A DNA stretch of 64,000 bases from Anthoceros angustus (lineage: Eukaryota; Plantae; Anthocerotophyta): NCBI GenBank assembly GCA_010909165.1, contig VJWM01000025.1:1798001-1862000 (forward strand), read 5' to 3'. The translations under genes and the position numbers were made by a program. Under the pieces are notes generated by a model. The model had not been told where the DNA came from, did not search any database, and worked only from the letters and a program-made list of their open reading frames with translations. How positions within the stretch are numbered: the first letter of the stretch is position 1; each line of letters opens with the position of its first letter. Of the stretch, positions 48,581 to 61,047 are shown one piece after another.

Positions 48581-50310
48581 ATGATGGCGCGGGGTTGTCC
48601 TTTCTTATTTCACTTACTTCAAACAACGAGTCTCCATTGCCCTTTAAAGGGCCGCTCGATGGCAATCTTTAACAAAGCGATCACGGCAGTGACGCTTGTT
48701 CCTCTTCCTCCGTAGTTTGCAAGCCATTTGTTCTTCTTGCATATGATGTTCTAGGAGCGATCGTAACTTTTCACCTTGACCCTGGGTCCACCTTCGTTGT
48801 CCTCTGCTGGATGGGTTTTCCCATCGCTTTTTCCCCAATAAAATATACTTTTACTTGTATAAGGCAAACAAGAGAAAACATTGATCCCGAAAGGTCATCC
48901 TAAGAATGAAATATTAATTAATATTTATAATATATAATTAAAACTTAATACTAATATATGTACACCATCTTTGTGGACTCTTTTTAGCCTAGGTCCTTAG
49001 TGGACTTAAATAAAATTCTTCTTCTTGTTCTTTTATGTGTCAAACTAATAAAAGTTCAACGTGTTCAAGTCTAACCAAGTCTCGAGCTACAACTTCAAGT
49101 TGAGGTTTTATGAAGTCAAACTAATAAGAGCTCTTTTCGCTCAAGTCGAATAAAACCCTTACTTGTTAAGGTTGAAAGCTCAAAAGTTACAACCACGCCT
49201 ATTCTCTATTCTCTAGTTGTTCTCAGTGTCCATCCATGTGTGTCCAAATGGCCTAGGCCAAATGGACACACATTTATAAGAACGCCGTGATTAAGCATCC
49301 TTAGCTTGGATCGGTACTTAGATGGGGTGCCTAAAGGAATGGATGCCCTTGGTGCAAGTAGCTTAGGCAACCATGGTACAAGTTGTTAAGTACCAAGTCC
49401 CATGACGGAAATCCGTCCTTAGTGGACTTAAATAAAATTCTTCTTCTTCTTCTTCATAAGGTGGCTCAATTTCATCCATCATGCTCTCAAAAAGTTTGTC
49501 CATCCACGGCGAGCTTTGCGTGTGACACATCTCCAAGAGTTATAGTATACCGTAGCGATCGATAAAGGGCCTCTTCTTGTTTTTTCATTGAGCCATCCTG
49601 ACTTAAAACTTGTCCTTGGAAACGTATTTTGTGCCAGTGAAACCCTGAGATAGATTGGTAGATCCTAAGACGTCATCTTGCCAAGAATAAGCTACAAAAA
49701 TTAATTTCAAGTCTCCTCTTAACCTATCTTGTTGAATGTTAAGTTCAAGGGTTGAAACGAGATTGAGCGGGAATAATGAGTAACAGAGAACGGGAAATTG
49801 AAAGGTGTGACAAAACGGAGATGTGTTGGCCTGCCAGCATGATTCTTTTTATGGTGAAGTGATGGTATTTGCATTCCACTTAATTTCAAGGAGCCCGAGG
49901 GGCCTTACAACAAGTTAATGATCGACTAGGAAGTTCCTTAGGGTCTTTGAACAAGAGCCAATTGCAAGCAAAGATCATACAATGAATTAATAAAAATAAA
50001 AATATTTATAACTATCCTCAATCTCATTGTCGAGTGTACGTGACTACTTCTTACATGTTTTTCTGTCTTTTCTATCCTCTCGTGTATGTTGATGGTTGGA
50101 TGGATGAAAGTTTTCTCCTCTTATTTTGAGGGATTTGGATGAAAAAGGTTTTGAAACTTTTGCGCCTTCATTAACCTTCTCCTTCTCCTTCTCCTTGTGT
50201 ATAAACCCTTTACCATGGCACTCGATTATTTTGTAATAGAGTAAGTGCCTTATAATCGTATTGAAATAAATTTAAATCTTCAAAGTAAAACTCGCGAGAT
50301 ATGTTTTGTT

Positions 50311-51156
50311 CTATACTAGCATGTTTTGGTTTCCCTTTAAAAACGGATGTAGTAAAGCTTCTTTAGTGATTCTCTCTAAAGGGTCCATAGCAAGAAGCTT
50401 CTTAAGAAGCGATAAGGCTATGGGATCCAGAAACCGATTTTCTAAAAACTTTTCCAAACTTCCCGCCGTTGTTGTTTGATCCACTTCAAATAAATATCCA
50501 CGTTGTAATATTTCAAAATGCAGCCTATGCTCCAAATATCAATTCGAGTTGTATGTGTTAAACTCGTGAGAATAGATTTCCGTGCAGTAAGATTCTGCTC
50601 CTATGAAATAATCAATCGGTAAAAGGATACTATATCTATTTTCCGAATAACACAGCTTCTCCGAAATCACATAATTTAAGGTTACCACTATAACTCATTA
50701 ATATATTTGCTGGTTTCAAATCTCCATGGACAACATTTGCCGCATGCAAATACTCCACTCCTTTGAGGATTTGATAGAGTAAATCTCGTTGTTCATCGAC
50801 AGTGAAGTTGTCTGTTTTCTTTAAAATTGTGAATAAATCTTCTTTCATCAATTGCATCACTATATATATATCATCATAATTTTCATTTGGTGGGAGAATT
50901 ACATCTTTGAATTGAATAATATGATCATGTTGTAAAGTGTGCAACATTGTCACTCTCTTAAGGTGCGTAGAGTTTTATTTTGAGTTTCATATATACTGTC
51001 AATATGTTTTATAGCCACATGTTCACCTGTCATCGTGTTTTTCGCTTCATATACTTTTCCGAATGCTCCATGGGATAAATATTTAATTTTGTGGTATGAA
51101 GATTTATATGCGTAACTTTGGAAACATGCATCGATTTGTTTGGTACCCCTGTTCAT
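50311..51156 (-). pseudogene. Intronless AT-rich MAPK-like Ser/Thr kinase with frameshifts (pseudogene or sequencing errors)
   Basis: HGAFGKV, VAIK, RTLRE, HGDLKPAN, LKLCDFG, IDIWSIGCI, LLKKLLAMDPLERIT.EALLHPF. Confidence 0.85.
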
Positions 51157-52189
51157 TTCAAAAATCTTAAAAGTCCGAATACTAAAAGGTCTTGCACTTT
51201 AAAGTCTCGCCCAAGGAAACTAGCACACCGCTATTCACTAGGGCTAATCAACATCGGGCTTGGGCGTAATCTGTCACGCAATATGTTTTCTCACCCACAT
51301 ACTTCAATCTATAATGACTATGAACCTTGGCAAGGAGCCGGTATTCTTATTAATAGAGAATGATAGAAAATGTTTTATGTGAGGATCAACTCCTAATTTA
51401 TACTAGAGAAGAAGGATTCTCAAAGAAAGACTATATCAAAGCTTCTAATTCTAGTCTCTATAACTTAAATTATTCTAAAGTTTTCTTTATAGTATGTGTT
51501 GTTAAGAAGGTTGGGTTGTTCTCAATTGAAAAGGTAGTTGTTAAATTAGGAAGCTCAATTCCAGTTTATTTTACTTAATGTCTTCTAAACTTTTGTTGTG
51601 CTTTTTGTTACTAAGAAGGTTTGGTTGTCCTAATTAAGAAAATAGCTTTAATTTAAGAAGCTTCTATTTGTAGTTTCTCTAACTTGACGGTGCTTGTTCT
51701 CAATTAAGAAGGTCATTTTAATTTATTAAGCTTATAATTCCAATTCTCTTTCACTTAAGTTTTTCGACCTTTCTTTTAAAATGATGCTTGTTACCTTTTC
51801 ATCCGCCTTGCTTTTGAGACTTATTGTGGTATGCAAGTCAATCCAGTGTGTACCAAGGCCTATCACTTACAGGCAGCTGTGTGGCATTAGAAAAGGTGTG
51901 AAGGCGCAGAAAAAAACGTAAGGTTATAAAAAATAAATCTAGAGCTTTCGTCTAAGCTTGCCGTCCATTCAATCCTTCGGAAGACCAAAACATCATCGGT
52001 ATTAATACAGCATGGTGCATTTCCATTTACATTTCTACGACAAAGGTGGACAAAGCTCGGGGTTTGAGGGTTCAAGGTGCCCCATCAAACCTTTGTCCAC
52101 TTTGAGGGAAGTAAAGTGGAGCACATAAAATAAGGGTATTGCTGTGGGTGCAATGACAAGGTAGACTTGTTGCATATGTATAAGACAAA

Positions 52190-52639
52190 CTTCTTCCGTT
52201 CGGTAGATGATTCTCACATCCTTGGGCCTTGGGACAAGGTCAAGGAGGCCTTCCAGCTCTTCTCCCATGAGCTTTCTTTGGTTGGCTTGAAGGTCAAGCT
52301 CTCCAAGTGCCGTGGTTTGGTCCCCGTTGGCTATCCTTTCCACTTTGCAGTTCCCTGCTACGGAGATTGCTTCGGCCTTGGGTCTACGGATTTTGGGGGT
52401 CCCCTTCGGCTCCCCTGACTCTACTAGGAGTTTCCTGGACTAGGCTCTCGCGGAAGACCTGTCCCATGTCGAGGACCTCCCCCCTGTTGGGGGATGCTCA
52501 GGTGGCCTTCGGAATTCTTTCCTCCTACTTCGCTAGGCGCCCTAGTTACCTCATTAGCACGCTCCCCCCGTCTCCGATTCTCTTGTCTCGACTGCACGGG
52601 TTTGACAAGAAGATAATGGATACTCTTGGGGACATCATG
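52190..52639 (+). mobile_element. CRE-like non-LTR RT fragment in unit B, 5' part; continues at 61852-62115
   Basis: VDDSHILGPWDKVKEAF...VGLKVKLSKC...LGDAQVAFGILSSYFARRPSYL...FDKKIMDTLGDIM. Confidence 0.8.
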
Positions 52640-52822
52640 TGTAATGATATAATATTATATGTATAGGATACATATACAGGACACGTATAAAAGGTACGGT
52701 GCGGATAGGATCGGAAGTCCAGTTCACCGTAGTGAGTCATATGCTAAGTTTAGAGTAACATTTCTGGGATGTTAAATACACGCCCCGAGCTCAGAGGGGC
52801 AGCTTTCCTTGTCATTACATTT

Positions 52823-52834
52823 TGGTATCAGAGC
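52823..52834 (+). promoter_or_regulatory. tRNA-iMet primer binding site
   Basis: TGGTATCAGAGC 3 nt after the 5' LTR. Confidence 0.95.
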
Positions 52835-53602
52835 CTTCGACCAGCACTTCGAGAGTGGCGTCGGTTGACTCACGTAGCTGATCGTGAAGTTTCCTATGGC
52901 AGGAAAGGGTGTGGAGGATCGGATAGGTGTTGTATACACCCTCTCCTAGCCATGGAAAACCCCCCCCTCAGCTGGGAAGCTCAATAGGACTTGGAAGCCT
53001 GACGCGAGGCGAAGCGTGGTGGCAAATGCAACCTGGTCGGCAGTTGGGGATAGATCGGAACCTTAGGGAGCGGGTGTTGTCGATAGCCGGCCACGCAGAC
53101 GAGTGCTTTCTCTGAGACAAGAAGACACCAGATTTGGTTTCTTGTCCTCACAAGCAGCCAGTTCAGATGCTCCGCCCATTATGTCGAGAAGTTGCTCAGG
53201 TTGGGCAAAGTCTATCGTGGGCGTATTTTCATGTGGGCATTGTTGATGCCTCACTATACTGCAGTATGACCGTCGAGTCATGGACTTTTAGACAGCGGGG
53301 AGCTTATCATCTGTTGTGTGCTGAACTTGAACTGGCATTGGGTCTCGCCTTGGAAGGCGCAACCAGATACTGCGGAAGCCAAAGAGCCATCGAAGAAGTG
53401 TTATTAGAAGACTACGCATAGACCTCCAGCGAAGCTTTGTGATAGCTTTGCAAGGTTGATTACGTCATAGTAGATGGTGAGAGACCCATATGTGCTAGTC
53501 CGGCAATATGATGTAGAAATTCCCCAAGCAGATGAAGCACGGGATAGCTGGGCAAAACTCAGTCAATCACAGTCGATGCAGGAGAAGGGTGCCCAGATCA
53601 AG

Positions 53603-53785
53603 TGGCACCACTAGATGTGGAACTGGTGTCAGGTCAGACAGCACCACTAGATGTGGAGTCAAGGCCGCTGGAGTTGGTGTCCGATCAGGCGGCTGCACTA
53701 GATGTGGAGTCAAGGCAGCTGGAGTTGGTGTCCGATCAGGCGGCTGCACTAGATGTGGAGTCAAGGCAGCTGGAGTTGGTGTCGT
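53603..53785. repeat. 51 bp tandem repeat (~3 units)
   Basis: CACTAGATGTGGAGTCAAGGCAGCTGGAGTTGGTGTCCGATCAGGCGGCTG repeated. Confidence 0.9.
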
Positions 53786-55367
53786 TTTAAGTGGCACCTG
53801 TGGCAGATACGGTACTTGAGGTGGCAAAGGGACACTAGAAATAGACATAGAGTCGGCGGATCCGGAGCCATCACAAAAGAAGGAGAAGAGTAATCAAGTG
53901 ACTCGGTCGATCGTCGGCACCCTTGCAGTCACTCCTCGATCAAGTAACGACTCACTCTGTCACTGTGAGCGGAGAGGGAGGACGAACAAGGGGATCCAAG
54001 CGGAGGGTAGCGATTAAAACAACTAAGCCAAACGGCCAACCCGAAGGTGGTAGCGAGAACTGGACCCAAGTGTGCGGGGAATTGGGCAGGGACAACTACA
54101 TGGTGGCGGTGAGGCTGAAAATGATGAAAAGTTGACTTCTATGTCACGAAGTGCGTCGGGGAGTTCACAAGCTAGCTGCCTACATCGAGAGGGACGTGTG
54201 GAATAGTGACCCTCTTCCTAAGGGCACCGAGGTCGCCGAGGGCAACTACTACGGTGGAGCGGGTATATATGAGCTTTTGAGCAGGGAAAGCAGGGCACCG
54301 GTTGTCTTGCGTGCAAGCTTGGTGAAAGCGGCGAAGTTCCTCCTCGAGGAACAAGAGAAGATGGAGCCCGATGTGAGCGAGGTGCCATTGTTCTGGATGG
54401 ATCCAGCAACAACGGCAATGTTAAAGGCTGCTTGTACAAATCGGCCTAAGTAGAGTCGTGTTGTAGATCACGCTACATTACGTTGGTCATAGCTGCTCAC
54501 AAACATTGAATCAATGCACCGGGTAGTTCTCAGGTTTTTGATTGGATCTGAAGAAATTAGATCCAAGTCCAAGTGACACACTTTTTGAGTCCTTAGGCAA
54601 CTAGTGTTGCAGATCTTGCGGAGATTGTCAGAAATATAACAGAAAATTGCCACCATTGCTCGCAGGGTTTCGCGTTATGTCACAACGCTCGCTCTCGGAT
54701 AGATTGAAAAACATAGATACATGTAGAGACCAGTGAAGTTGTGCGATTACATGCGACGCAAATGCGTCTGGCACCACACATGGGCAAGCTACCATCACAG
54801 TATAGCTTGAGACTCAACCCTCACGAGTCACATGCGAAATGGCCCCCCCATCAGCAACGTGGATTTCTGGAGGTGTCCGCGCGCTTGTAAGGTGTTCGTC
54901 GTCAGGAGGAGTCACATCGGGGTCATCCTCCTCGTCCGCCGATCGGTGATTACCGCTTTGCTCATGCTCAACACGAAGCGCTAGTCCGCTTGCCGACCTT
55001 GCCGGATCATCGCTAGCACTGCGCTTTCGAATTGCGATCGGTCGCTATTTGCTCAAAGAATCGCCCCTCGCAGTACTAGGGATCGACACGAGGGTGGCGC
55101 CGGGCCATCACACCTACCATTGAAGGGCGGCCTGACCTCATTCTTCTCTATCAACATCCGTAACGTGCCCTCTCATTCAAAATTCGCTCAATCGCGTTCT
55201 CAGCTTATTGTGCTTGTTGACTCTCGGGGTAGATAGATTTTCTCATCTTTTTTTTACATGAAGTTTTCAACAAAAAAAATTGTATTGCCAAGGTTCACAA
55301 CTGGAACTTGGATATCATTCAACTCAAAGGAAGTACATCATATTGTTTTAAGTTTATGGAAATAACA

Positions 55368-57434
55368 TTACATTCCAGGGCCACCGTAATATAACCAAAC
55401 ACCTCCAGCTAAACAATCACCAGATGGATTGTTGAATAAGATGTTGTGATCGTAGATTAGCGGATCCGTCTCAAATACTTTTGCTTCTTTCGCATCCGTG
55501 GGACTAGTGCTGAGTTTATCACGAAAATGTATGCAATAAAGCTAAATGAGCTGGTACATCATTTACTCCACATGGTACCGGAACCAACCCTTCGGAACCA
55601 AACTTTCCATTTCCCATTTCCACGATTGATGCTTTACTTGCCATAAAGACATCTCCTCCCCATACTACGTTATCCGAAACTCATTATAAAGAATGATGGG
55701 TAAAAATTATATTTGGCCAATAACCAATGGGTATGCTCTCTATAAATAGCCACAAGTCATCAGTTGCTGCAGCTGCCTGCATTAAAAACAAAGCAAACAA
55801 AAAACATGAAAAACATTGTAACTTTAAGATTAAAAAAAAGAGAGACCATGGATACAAGGAAAAATAACAAATACTGAAATCAAGAACCTAAGTGACGAGA
55901 GAAAACGCAAAATATTGGACTAAGATATGAGGTTTTATACTTTTGTGATGACGTAAAGCATGCTATCACCGATGTAGTCACCATGAAAACCACCACCCAA
56001 CACAAAGGCTGAACTAGTTTGGATAAATCCAAAACAATGGAGATTAAAACATCCTGTATCACGATAGTTGTCGGCCTGCACTTACGCAAAAAGATGTAAT
56101 GTTAGTGAATCTTCAATTATAGAAAGAAAAAAGCCACAAAAGAGCATACAAGTTTTTTTGATCATTAAAATGAGTAAATAGGATAGGTAGTACCGTCCAA
56201 GCAATATACAAATGAGGCTTTTCATCTTCATAAAGTGATGGTATCACCTGTTTGCCAAATAAAAACAAAGGATACAAACTTCAAATATTATGTTTTGTTA
56301 GACTTGAACGTAATATATTTTGATGAACCATCAATTGCGATTAAAAATTTTATGAAGAAATAAACTTACGTGCCAACCAACTTCTACAGCATTTATAGTT
56401 TTGGAAGGAATAAAGGATTCAATGTTTGCTCTTGCTGGCCCCAATGATGTCCTAAGAATCCTCATCTGGGCACTCGACATATCTCCTTCACCAACCATAG
56501 GATCGTACATGCTAATTCTTATTCCACCCCCATTGACCTCTCCAGCTTGGGAAGCAACCACATGCTACAACAATGATAATCAATAGTCCGAATGGTGTAA
56601 TTCAATATTTCCTAATTAATAGAACATTAACAAATACATCTATATTTTCAAATTAATAATCAACTTATGTTCTCTTTGTTCAAATGTACATGCAATAGCT
56701 ATCATCTACATAGAGAATGACTTACATGGTGTTGACCATCTTCAGGATCATCAATCGCTGAATTTATATATCGCATATGGGATAACCTTTGCAGTCTTCT
56801 TTGTTTCTGGACATCTCCTTTAGAAGAACGCAAAATAGGAATAGTACCATCTGGACAAGCACTGACTTCATGATGATATAGTTGCTTTGGCGCGCGTGTC
56901 TTGTTTTTGAATTCCACATGTGATGATGGAGTCGCAATGATAGGAGGTTTCTACACAAAAGTGGAAGATGCAATACACAGGACAACAAAAAATGATCTCA
57001 TTGTAGACAAGAGAATAAAAAGATCTTAACATGGTAATAGTAAACACTTAAGGATAATAAATTAAGACATACAACTACCTGAATAACATGATTTTCCAAT
57101 AGCGGATGTCGCAATGTTAACTGGTCTTCAATTCTTACGCAATCTATTATAGAACCGTCGGAAAGCTAAAATGGATACACCATAAAACAATAAGAAAAAA
57201 AATGGACATCATTGAAAAAGTAAATTGAGAATGGTACAATAGTTAAGCGAAATATTTTGAATCAAAAAATGAGAAAAAAGCACAATAAGAAAAAAAAAGT
57301 ACATTATGGGATATAACAAATGGTAGGGCAACATTCTCAAGATTCCCCACTTTGAACGGGGATTCATATGCATAACTCATAATTGAAAAACAAGCTAGCA
57401 ATATCAGCACACTAACAAACTGCATAGTCATCAT
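55368..57434 (-). pseudogene. Neprosin-family (DUF239 plus activation peptide) secreted glutamic peptidase gene, ~7 exons, lesions in the last exon
   Basis: Signal peptide MMTMQFVSVLILLAC; DGSIIDCV..HPLLENHVIQ; CPDGTIPILR; NAVEVGWH|VIPSLY; ADNYRDTGCFNLHCFGFIQTS; IGYWP; WGGDV; MGNG; YYGGPGM*. Confidence 0.9.
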
Positions 57435-58729
57435 GATGATAGCTTCAATTATTCTAAAACAATACTTATGAGAACCATAGACCCTTCATATATAGAGCTT
57501 AAATTATGCATGTCTCGCTACCTAAGTAGACTATTATTGCTACCCACATATTTTTAAAAACTAAATATATTTTTAATAAAAAAGAATTTAGTGAGTTTTT
57601 TGATCTATAAATATAAGATAATGTTAACATTTTCTGGTGCCAACTCAAGGTCATCTGGGATAACATATTTGGGCAAGTCTATAGACAATGAGTCTAATAC
57701 TATTTTTAGTCTCTCTAAGACGATTACTCGAGTAACAAAATGGTGCATCAATACTTATTTTGTCATCTGCTCGTGTTATTGTTCCATGACTTTGATGTTT
57801 GAACAATAACACGCGCTGATGAAAAACATCAAAGATGTTTGTCCTCTGCACTATTTAGAATTTGATGAATAACGGCGTGTATCAATCAACCTGAGACAAA
57901 GTGATGCATTAACAACAAGCTACTCAAGATATGGAGATATGATGTTAAACAACAAGCATAAGGTTTTGATCTACATGGTACAACGCAGTCATTGAATAAA
58001 AACAATACCATTCTCGGGTTAGAACAATTGAAACTAGCTTGTGCAATTGGCTTATTACCGTACCCACGTTCTACTGTCATTGAACTTGGGAACTCCGATG
58101 CAGCTGTGTTATTGATTTCCTGGTATCCTGGAGCGGTGAACCAGATAGTGCTGCTACATGGGAGCCTGAGGCATTTTGCACGCTATTTCCCCACTTGCAG
58201 GCGCAGATTATCACAGGCTAGGAGGACCCAACTGTGCCATGTGGGAGAGAATGAAACGGTCGTGGGTCGTCGGCCATCCCACAACCTCTATAGCCTAGCT
58301 ATGTCAGACTCGATGTTGCTCACAGTCCTCATAGCCCGGGCAGCGCGAACCGTTAAGACTAGAGGTACCTATTTCCATATTAGATACTAATCAGCTGACC
58401 AAGTAGATAATTGGAATAATAGCCGGTAAATAGATAAATAGCAAATTAGAATAATACCCTCATCCATTGTAAAACGATAATGACCTCCTCAACTAACCCA
58501 AATAAGAACTTGAAAACCTAACGTTTAGTATAGAAACCAACAACAAGGTAGTTAAACCAGCATACACTGCCTTCTTGGCCTCTCCCATGCCCATGTATAT
58601 GTACGCTACCCCATACAAGCAAAATGTCCACTTTCCACAAAGCTATGTCTTGCTATCCGCGTTGTAGCAACATATGTACTGCGTGTAAAACTAACACACT
58701 AATTGTTCCTAATAATCAAGATTAAACGA

Positions 58730-59140
58730 TATTACTCACCTCCTCACCATCTTGGAGGTGAAAATTGCAGCGAAAGAAAATAAATTATCCTTGGGTTCAG
58801 TAGGTCCTATGTACAACTGGTACGGGCTTCTTCAAGTTGACCCACTTGCAGACACAAATACCATTAAAAGAAGATTCAAGAAATTACACTACTTTGCTGC
58901 TACATCCTGACAAGAACAAAGACGATGAGCTGCGAATGCTTTCCACCTAATTTTAGAAGCGCAAACTATTCTATTGGATGAAAGATGCCGAGAGATTTTT
59001 GATATTCAAATGCAAAATTCTCCCATGCCATACAAGGTGTATGAGAAGCTACTACCTGCAAGGAGTTCCACAAAAAAACTTCTTGCAAGGAGCATAATAA
59101 CTTGCTCAAATAACTCCAAAAAATTCAAATATTGTAAAAT
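58730..59140 (+). pseudogene. DnaJ J-domain gene remnant, intronless and frameshifted
   Basis: LLTILEVKIAAKENK...NWYGLLQVDPLADTNTIKRRFKKL/LLLHPDKNK...AFHLILEA..ILLDERCREIFD; HPD at 58903. Confidence 0.85.
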
Positions 59141-61047
59141 GAGTTCTACCAAAGACGTAATAATAACGTTCCAACTCCAAGTTTTGACAAAGATCAAAAT
59201 TATTATTCTAAACAATAGTACGGAAGAGTACTCTAATGATTAATTAAAGATGCGCATATAAATATGAAACATGGTACATGCGCATATAAATATGAAACAT
59301 CTTTAATATGGCATGGCCCATGATTGTAATGGACTCTTTGTTTTTCTTCTTTATACATAGTTTTATAATATTTATAGATCAGCATTGTGAAATTGACCAA
59401 CATTAGCAAAACATGTTTTTATATATTATACTTAAAGAAAAAATTAATTTTCAGTTAGATATAATGTACAAAAAATTGCACGTTTTGTATGTGGTTGTTG
59501 ATCATTGCCCCCACCACTGTGACTGACAACTGTCACTCTACTAGCCGGTGGGTGAGGAGCACTTGGAGTGGCAATCGCCACACCCTGCCGCATGTTTAGC
59601 TCCCTCTGCCATCTCCAACGACGCTTTTAAGCAGCGTGCTTGGCACGACGGTCGGCATCAGCTTCGTTGTTGCGCATTGGAGCCATCTCTTCAGGTTGTT
59701 TGCCAAGCAAACCACTTAGGATCTGTGACAAGTGTGCTGTGAGCCGACCGCAGCCTTCCAGGATCGGAGCGGGAGAGAGAGCGGTTTACGCCCCCATCAT
59801 CTCCCTTGGCGAAGAGGGTATGGAGGGTTTGAATTTTAAATGTCAAGTGAGTTCCCCACCGTAAACTCTTTGACAAAACTAGACTCCCTCTTCCATTAAG
59901 AGAGAGAACATCTACACGCACATTCAAATTTTGATACGATATTCTCTCCCCCCGTTTTTTTGATGTGGACTCACTGTACCATATCTAGTGGTCCGTATGC
60001 TACCTTCAAAGAGGAATACCCGTGAATATAGTTCAAAGCCTAATCCTACTTATTTTGCGCTGGAATTTTTTGTGTACCACTGACATTTGGGTGACTCTTA
60101 GCTTGAAAAGTTTCAAGCCATTCGGATCAAAATTACAATATTTAAAATTTTTCCTTCAATAACATGTCCACATGTGGACAAAAAACCGTGTTGCATCCGT
60201 TGCACACTTGTATGGAACACCAAAGCTTGCATCTACCCTTGTAAAGGAATTTCGTGCCGGCTGTGAGCCAACGCAGCGTCTGGTAGAGAGGAAGTCGCGG
60301 TGGTCGGGGTGCTTGGTGGAGGACTTGCTCGCTGCAAGTGCCTAAACGAGTTGCTCCCCTTGTGAATGGTTGCTGTGAAATTGCTTTGCTTTGGGTGTGT
60401 GGCAATGCCCAGGGAACTCTCGGCTTGAGGGGTAGACTACATGGAAAGACTCCCTGGAGGTTCTCGCTGTTTGGTGTCAAACTCATAGCAACCGGCCCAA
60501 GGAAGAACTTGCTGGTGGAGGCCGACCCCAGGCAGTTGTGCCGTAAGGGCAAGCCGACGCCAGTAAGCCCGAACTGTGGTTAGACTAGGAGGAAGACGAT
60601 GAGAAGATGAGTAGAGGATTAGAAGTGTAGGTGTTATTGGAAGGCCACAGGCAGAGCCTAAGGGACGAATCCCAAATCTGCAAGTAAAAGGGCGCTCCCT
60701 GAGTGGAGAAGAGTGGTCTTAGAAGTAGGGACGAAATCGCGATGTGGATCAGGGGGTCCACAGGCGCCGTGATAGGCTCCCTATTCTAAGCGAGGACACA
60801 ATTGTGTGTGTCGTTGTAGGTCGAGATTGGTGATTTTTCGGGCAAAGTGCAAGTGTGCTGCGTAAGAGAGTAGAGGGCGCCTTGCTTGTTTAGAAGGCTG
60901 AGGAGTTGTGTCTCTACAAATAGCGATCGGTTGTCACAGGACCTCGAATTTTCACACGAGTCTCATGGGACGAAACCCAACGTACGAAGCGACAGTGGGA
61001 TAAGTGTGGCCGCTAGAGTGGGAGGATCTCAGGAGCCCCGGGGTTTT

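Larger units (their letters stand above)
47226..51509. repeat. Unit A of a ~4.3 kb tandem duplication; unit B runs 51510 to >64000 and carries the LTR insertion
   Basis: 47226-48338 = 51510-52639 and 48334-50487 = 61852-64000. Confidence 0.92.

Noticed and set aside
50311-51156. Endogenous giant-virus origin for the AT-rich kinase
   Set aside because: No viral hallmark genes in the window, and the N-lobe looks like a plant MAPK
59519-59545. Helitron 3' end (small hairpin plus CTAG) closing the AT-rich cargo
   Set aside because: Stem only ~5 bp, CTAG not followed by T, and no matching 5' TC end identified
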